From Gemmatimonas sp. (GTDB lineage: Bacteria > Gemmatimonadota > Gemmatimonadetes > Gemmatimonadales > Gemmatimonadaceae): a stretch of DNA of 12,078 nucleotides. The stretch covers positions 1-12,078 of the forward strand of contig JANNVQ010000013.1 in assembly GCA_031414535.1 (NCBI GenBank). Direction: 5' to 3'. How positions within the stretch are numbered: position 1 is the stretch's first letter; every line of letters starts with the position of its first letter. Both the position numbers and the translations under genes were made by a program. The notes under the pieces were generated by a model. The model saw only the letters and a program-made list of their open reading frames with translations, was not told where the DNA came from and ran no database searches. This document shows, piece after piece, positions 7,297 to 12,078 of the stretch.

Positions 7297-7369
7297 TGGG
7301 CCTAGCAGGATTCGAACCTGCGCACTTCGGATTATGAGTCCGCCGCTCTAACCGCTGAGCTATAGGCCC
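7297..7369 (-). tRNA. tRNA with CAT anticodon, most likely tRNA-Ile2 (lysidine-modified); CCA not encoded
   Basis: Reverse complement folds as GGGCCTA-TA-GCTC AGCGGTTA GAGC-G-GCGGA CTCATAA TCCGA-AGTGC-GCAGG TTCGAAT CCTGC-TAGGCCC-A. The paired G1-C72 and the lack of three G-C pairs in the anticodon stem rule out initiator Met. Ile2 versus elongator Met is an inference from the GGGCCTATAGCTCAG 5' end. Confidence 0.93.
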
Positions 7370-7436
7370 GGTGGAGACACAAGCTACAAGAGGGAAGACA
7401 GAAGGGGGAGCGCGACGAAGATTCTGCGTGTGCACA

Positions 7437-7460
7437 CCTTCCGTCATCCGTCTTCCGTCA
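7437..7460. repeat. Heptamer repeat TCCGTCA/TCCGTCT/TCCGTCA in the divergent tRNA spacer
   Basis: ccttccgtcatccgtcttccgtca. Its first 16 nt are the exact reverse complement of 992-1007. Confidence 0.85.
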
Positions 7461-7477
7461 TTAGTCTTGTCTGACTC

Positions 7478-7551
7478 GGGCGCGTAGCTCAGCTGGTTAG
7501 AGCGCTGCTTTCACACAGCAGAGGTCGGGGGTTCGAGTCCCTCCGCGCCCA
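7478..7551 (+). tRNA. tRNA-Val(CAC); CCA not encoded
   Basis: GGGCGCG-TA-GCTC AGCTGGTTA GAGC-G-CTGCT TTCACAC AGCAG-AGGTC-GGGGG TTCGAGT CCCTC-CGCGCCC-A, followed by CTG. Confidence 0.97.
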
Positions 7552-7643
7552 CTGATCCACCAAAGTTCCACGAGCCGCGTTGAGTGCCTCCAACTCCGCC
7601 GCAAGACCCCACCCTAGGTCGCCACGAAAGCCCCCGCGTGCTG

Positions 7644-7672
7644 TTGTTCGAAGGGCGTACGCGCTGTAGCTT
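7644..7672 (+). promoter_or_regulatory. Candidate sigma70-type promoter for the polysaccharide locus
   Basis: TTGTTC (7644-7649), a 17-nt spacer, then TAGCTT (7667-7672), about 33 nt before the ATG at 7706. The same TGTAGCTT lies upstream of the tRNA-Ile gene on the minus strand (7381-7388). Confidence 0.4.
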
Positions 7673-7705
7673 CTTGCACTTAGCTCAAGTCGCCCCCTAT
7701 TCCTA

Positions 7706-10282
7706 ATGATGAATATTCGCAACTTGGTGGCGGCGGCGATTGCGCTCGTAGCCTCGGCCTCCGCCCCACTGCTTTCCCAGGCCGTGCCCGCGCCGGCGCA
7801 GGCTCAAGCAATGCTTCAGGCCCGCCCGGAGCTCTCCGCCCAAGTCCGTCAGCAGATCATGACGAGCGGGATGACGCCTGACCAGATCCGGGCGCGCCTC
7901 CGCGCTGAGGGCTACCCGGAGTCCTTCCTCGACGATTACCTCGGCGCGGCGAGCGGCGCGGCACGTCCGGTCACTGATGACGTCATCACGGCCATCAGCC
8001 GCCTCGGCATAACCAATACCGACGATGCCGCCCTCATGCGCACCATGCTGCGCACGGGTGGCGGGCGCGACAGCCTCAGGACTCAGCGACGCGATCTGCC
8101 CTCACGCGTAGCCGACGACGTCGTCAGCACGGTGCCGAACGACTCCAGCGCCTACGAACTCTTTGGCCTCGAGACGTTCCGCAACGCCAGCAGTGAGTTT
8201 CTGCCCACGATGGACGGACAGCCGGACCCGAGCTACCGCTTGGGACCCGGTGACGAGTTGGTGCTCATCCTCACGGGTGAAGTGGAGCTCGCGCACGAGC
8301 TTCAGGTCACGCGCGAAGGATTTATTGTGGTGCCCCGCGTGGGTCAGGTGAATGTGGCGAATCTGACCATGGCAGAAGTTGAGAATCTGCTCTTCGCGCG
8401 GATGGGTCGCTCCTACGCGGGCCTGCGTCGCGGCGCCGATGCTCCCATCAAGATGTCCGTAAATGTGTCGCGCCTGCGTGCCATTCAGGTCTACGTCACA
8501 GGCGAGGTGGAGCGCCCGGCGAGCTATCGCATTTCAAGCCTCGCAACAGCAATGACCGCGCTCTACGCCGCCGGCGGCCCCACACTGAGTGGTAGCCTGC
8601 GCAACGTGACCGTGCGCCGCGGGGGCGCAGAAATCGGCACGCTCGACGTCTACGACTACCTGCTACGCGGTGACAACTCGCGCGATGTGCGCCTCCAGAA
8701 CGGCGACATCATCTTTGTGGCGACGCACGGCCCTCGCGTTCGTGTGCAGGGTGAAGTCCTGCGGCCGGCCACCTACGAATTGCGAGCCGACGAGTCCCTG
8801 GCCAACGTCATCGCTCACGCGGGAGGCCTGCGCCCAACGGCCTACGGTGGTCGCGCGCGCATCACCCGCATCGTCCCCGCGGACGAGGCCCCGCAACCTG
8901 GGCGCGAGCGTCAAGTAATTGCCGTCACTGCCTCCGGCGGCGTCTTCCCCACCCTGCCGATGGCCGCCGGCGACGAAGTCACCGTGTTCCCGGTGGCGAA
9001 TCGCGTGCGCAACCGCGTGACCGTCACGGGGCACGTATGGAACGCCGGCTCCCAGGGCTTGCGCCCGGGAATGCGTCTCAGCGACGCCATCCGCGCTGCG
9101 GGCGGCCCGCGCCCCGACGTGTACCTCGGGCAGGTCAGCATCACGCGACTGCGCGCGGACTCCACTCGCGTTGCGCTGCGCAGCATGCTGCGCGATTCCA
9201 CCGGCGCGGCCGTGGACGACATCGTGCTGCAGGAAGACGACGAGATCACGGTGTACTCGCTCACCGAATTCCGTGCGCCGCGCTTCGTGGCCATCGGTGG
9301 TTCGGTGCGCAAGAGCGGGCAGTATCCCTGGCGCGAAGGCATGACCCTGCGCGATCTCGTACTCGCGGCCGGCGGCCTCCGCGAGGGCGCATACCTCACG
9401 GAAGCCGAGGTTGCGCGATTGGCGACGGACCGCAGCAATCGTGCGACGGCCACCACAATGCGTGTGCCCTTAGACTCGAGTTACCTCGGCGACTACGCAC
9501 CTGGCCAGCCCTACTCGGCACCGCCGGGTGCAGCGGGCGGTGCCTACCGCAGCGCGCCAGAAGTCACGCTCCAGCCCTACGACAACGTCTTGGTGATGGA
9601 GCAACCCGACTGGGTGTTGCCGCGCTCGGTGGTGCTCACGGGTGAAGTGCGATTCCCAGGCCGCTACACCCTGGTGACCAAGGACGAGCGTTTGTCAGAC
9701 GTGCTGCGACGCGCCGGTGGCCTTACCAACGAGGCCGCGGTGGACGCGGCGTACTTCGCGCGCTCGGTGGCGCTGACGAGTTTTCAAGCCGACTCGGCGT
9801 TCCGTGCCGACAGCGCACTCAAGGACCTGCAGGACCTTCCCGTCCAGCGCTCCCGTGTGGGCCTCGACCTCGCCCGTGCGCTGCGTCAGGGCCGCTCCAG
9901 CGACAACCTGGTCCTCTTTGACGACGACTCGTTGCACGTGCCGGTGCTGCGCAGCACCATCGAGATTCGCGGCGCCGTCAACGCGCCCACCACCATCACT
10001 GCGCAAGATGGTGCGCGCCTCGAGTTCTACCTGCGCGCTGCCGGCGGCACCTCGCAAGTTGGTGATGAACGCCGCGCCTACGTGATTCAGCCCAACGGAC
10101 AGATTCAATCCACGCGACGCTTCTTCTGGATTGTGAAAGCCGAGCCGCGTCCTCGCCCAGGGGCGTCTGTCGTGGTGCCAACGCGATCCACGGAGAACCG
10201 CGCCAACGAGCGCGTGGCCTTGGTTGCCGTGATCGCGCAGACCATCGCCAGCTTGGCCACCGTCTACGCCATCCTTCGCTGA
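7706..10282 (+). CDS. Polysaccharide export (OPX) protein, Wza/KpsD-like, with a Poly_export domain and multiple SLBB domains
   Basis: Signal peptide; FG..F motif; PES motif [13 protein letters not shown].....L.VTREG.I.VP.VG.V.VA.LT; repeated SLBB units ([60 protein letters not shown]); C-terminal amphipathic helix. Confidence 0.9.
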   Translation: MMNIRNLVAAAIALVASASAPLLSQAVPAPAQAQAMLQARPELSAQVRQQIMTSGMTPDQIRARLRAEGYPESFLDDYLGAASGAARPVTDDVITAISRLGITNTDDAALMRTMLRTGGGRDSLRTQRRDLPSRVADDVVSTVPNDSSAYELFGLETFRNASSEFLPTMDGQPDPSYRLGPGDELVLILTGEVELAHELQVTREGFIVVPRVGQVNVANLTMAEVENLLFARMGRSYAGLRRGADAPIKMSVNVSRLRAIQVYVTGEVERPASYRISSLATAMTALYAAGGPTLSGSLRNVTVRRGGAEIGTLDVYDYLLRGDNSRDVRLQNGDIIFVATHGPRVRVQGEVLRPATYELRADESLANVIAHAGGLRPTAYGGRARITRIVPADEAPQPGRERQVIAVTASGGVFPTLPMAAGDEVTVFPVANRVRNRVTVTGHVWNAGSQGLRPGMRLSDAIRAAGGPRPDVYLGQVSITRLRADSTRVALRSMLRDSTGAAVDDIVLQEDDEITVYSLTEFRAPRFVAIGGSVRKSGQYPWREGMTLRDLVLAAGGLREGAYLTEAEVARLATDRSNRATATTMRVPLDSSYLGDYAPGQPYSAPPGAAGGAYRSAPEVTLQPYDNVLVMEQPDWVLPRSVVLTGEVRFPGRYTLVTKDERLSDVLRRAGGLTNEAAVDAAYFARSVALTSFQADSAFRADSALKDLQDLPVQRSRVGLDLARALRQGRSSDNLVLFDDDSLHVPVLRSTIEIRGAVNAPTTITAQDGARLEFYLRAAGGTSQVGDERRAYVIQPNGQIQSTRRFFWIVKAEPRPRPGASVVVPTRSTENRANERVALVAVIAQTIASLATVYAILR

Positions 10283-10295
10283 ACCCGCACCGAAC

Positions 10296-11357
10296 ATGAC
10301 AACGGTCTTCGTCACCGGCGGCGCCGGCTTCATCGGCTCAGCCCTCGTTCGCCAGCTCATCAACGAGACAGATCACAAGGTCGTCAACATTGACAAGCTC
10401 ACCTACGCCGGCAACCTCGCCTCGCTAGGAGAGGCACGCAATCACGCGCGGCATGTATTCGTGCAGGCGGACATCTGCGATGCCAGTGCCATGCGCGAGC
10501 TCTTTGAAGCGCACAAGCCAAGCATCGTGTATCACTTGGCCGCAGAATCGCATGTTGACCGGTCCATTGACGGCCCAGGCGAGTTTGTGCAAACAAATCT
10601 CGTTGGCACTTTCCAACTGTTGCAGGAAGGCCTGCGGCACTGGCGCTCGCTCGACGACGCCGGCAAGAAAGCCATTCGCTTTCTGCACGTCTCCACAGAC
10701 GAGGTCTACGGCTCGCTCGGGCCCACGGGCCTCTTCACCGAGACCACGCCCTACGATCCGTCCTCGCCCTATTCGGCAAGCAAAGCCGGCTCCGATCATC
10801 TGGCGCGCGCCTGGCAGCGCACCTTTGGCCTGCCCGTGGTGATTACCAACTGCAGCAACAACTACGGGCCCTACCAGTTCCCCGAGAAGCTCGTCCCGCT
10901 AATGATCCGCAAAGCCACAGAGGGCGCGGCTCTGCCGGTGTACGGCAAGGGCGACAACGTGCGCGACTGGCTCTACGTGGACGATCACGCTCGCGCGCTA
11001 CGCTTGGCCGCCGAGCGCGGCCAGCCCGGTGAGACCTACAACGTGGGCGGCCAGAACGAACGGCAGAACATCGAGGTGGTCAAGACCATCTGCAATCTGC
11101 TGGATGAGCTGAAGCCTGACCCAATAGGCAAGCACGAGCGCCTGATCAACTACGTGACGGACCGCCCTGGGCACGACCATCGCTACGCCATTGATGCCAG
11201 CAAGCTGCGCCGTGAGCTCGGCTGGGTGCCGCAGGAGAACTTTGAGACCGGCCTGCGGCGCACGGTGGAGTGGTACCTCGCGCACAAGGCGTGGATGGAT
11301 GACGTGACCAGTGGCGCCTACCGCGGCGAGCGCCTTGGCAGCGGAGCCGAAAAGTGA
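10296..11357 (+). CDS. rfbB: dTDP-glucose 4,6-dehydratase
   Basis: [68 protein letters not shown]. Confidence 0.98.
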   Translation: MTTVFVTGGAGFIGSALVRQLINETDHKVVNIDKLTYAGNLASLGEARNHARHVFVQADICDASAMRELFEAHKPSIVYHLAAESHVDRSIDGPGEFVQTNLVGTFQLLQEGLRHWRSLDDAGKKAIRFLHVSTDEVYGSLGPTGLFTETTPYDPSSPYSASKAGSDHLARAWQRTFGLPVVITNCSNNYGPYQFPEKLVPLMIRKATEGAALPVYGKGDNVRDWLYVDDHARALRLAAERGQPGETYNVGGQNERQNIEVVKTICNLLDELKPDPIGKHERLINYVTDRPGHDHRYAIDASKLRRELGWVPQENFETGLRRTVEWYLAHKAWMDDVTSGAYRGERLGSGAEK

Positions 11358-12078
11358 AAGGCATCATCCTCGCCGGCGGCACCGGCAGCCGACTCTGGCC
11401 CATCACGATGGCCGTGAGCAAGCAGTTGCTGCCCGTCTACGACAAGCCGATGATCTACTACCCGCTCACCACGCTCATGCTGGCGGGTATCCGGGACATC
11501 TTGATCATTACCACGCCGCACGAGCAGGCGCTGTTCAAGCAACTGCTGGGTGACGGGTCGCGCTGGGGCATCAATCTCTCCTACGCCGCGCAGGAAGTCC
11601 CCAACGGACTGGCGCAGGCCTTCGTGATTGGCCGCGACTTCGTGGCCGGTGAGCCATCGGCTCTCGTGTTGGGCGACAACATCTTCTTTGGCCACGGACT
11701 CGTGGAACAGGCACGCCGCGCCGCCGCTGACGTTGCCGCGAGCCCGGGTGCCACGGTCTTTGGCTACCACGTGAGCGACCCCGAGCGCTACGGCGTGGCC
11801 GAGGTGAATGGCGAGGGCAAGGTGCTGAGCATCGAAGAGAAGCCCGCCAAGCCTCGCTCCAACTGGGCGGTCACGGGGCTGTACTTCTACGATCGTGACG
11901 TCTGTGACATCGCGGCGGCACTCAAGCCCTCGGCGCGAGGTGAGTACGAGATCACCGACGTGAACAAGGAATATCTGCGCCGCGGCACGCTGCGCATGGA
12001 GCAGTTGGGCCGCGGCTTCGCCTGGCTCGACACCGGCACCTACGATTCCCTGCTCGAGGCCTCAGCGTTCGTCGGCAC
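11354..12078 (+). CDS. rfbA: Glucose-1-phosphate thymidylyltransferase, 3'-partial (runs off the window; absent from the ORF track)
   Basis: GTG at 11354 overlaps the rfbB TGA (GTGA). Translates as [38 protein letters not shown]...GLAQAF...LGDNIF...ERYGV...EEKP...AVTGLYFYD...RGEYEITD...[11 protein letters not shown]. Confidence 0.97.
   Translation, partial: MKGIILAGGTGSRLWPITMAVSKQLLPVYDKPMIYYPLTTLMLAGIRDILIITTPHEQALFKQLLGDGSRWGINLSYAAQEVPNGLAQAFVIGRDFVAGEPSALVLGDNIFFGHGLVEQARRAAADVAASPGATVFGYHVSDPERYGVAEVNGEGKVLSIEEKPAKPRSNWAVTGLYFYDRDVCDIAAALKPSARGEYEITDVNKEYLRRGTLRMEQLGRGFAWLDTGTYDSLLEASAFVG

Noticed and set aside
7677..7695. tRNA-like fragment (cacttagctcaagtcg)
   Set aside because: Only a short D-arm-like match, with no anticodon arm, T arm or acceptor pairing.
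7552..7705. Integrative element or att site at tRNA-Val, or a JUMPstart/ops element before the polysaccharide locus
   Set aside because: No integrase, no duplicated tRNA 3' end within the window, and no GGCGGTAG ops motif seen.
7489..7722. 77-aa minus-strand ORF
   Set aside because: Overlaps tRNA-Val antisense (WARRDSNPRPL is a typical tRNA reverse-translation artefact).

Overview
High-GC bacterial chromosomal window that looks like Gemmatimonadota (an inference from gene set and style, not verified). It is mostly core genome. A minus-strand run encodes an EamA/DMT transporter, a CCA-adding tRNA nucleotidyltransferase, L-asparaginase II, a CMD/AhpD-fold protein and the GTPase ObgE. A stand-alone heptose-7-phosphate kinase (HldA/RfaE domain I) diverges from this run and converges on a bidirectional terminator with an uncharacterised, probably outer-membrane beta-barrel protein. 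Two divergent tRNA genes follow (Ile2-CAT and Val-CAC), neither encoding CCA. The window ends in the start of a surface-polysaccharide locus: a large Wza/KpsD-like SLBB export protein, rfbB, and a partial rfbA that is missing from the ORF track. I found no clear novel system, mobile element or CRISPR array. The best oddities are an AT-rich junction that truncates obgE at the G5 motif, a GACGGAT/TCCGTCA heptamer repeat in both the obgE leader and the tRNA spacer, a REP-like long hairpin that supplies the cca stop codon, and the orphan beta-barrel candidate beside the export locus.
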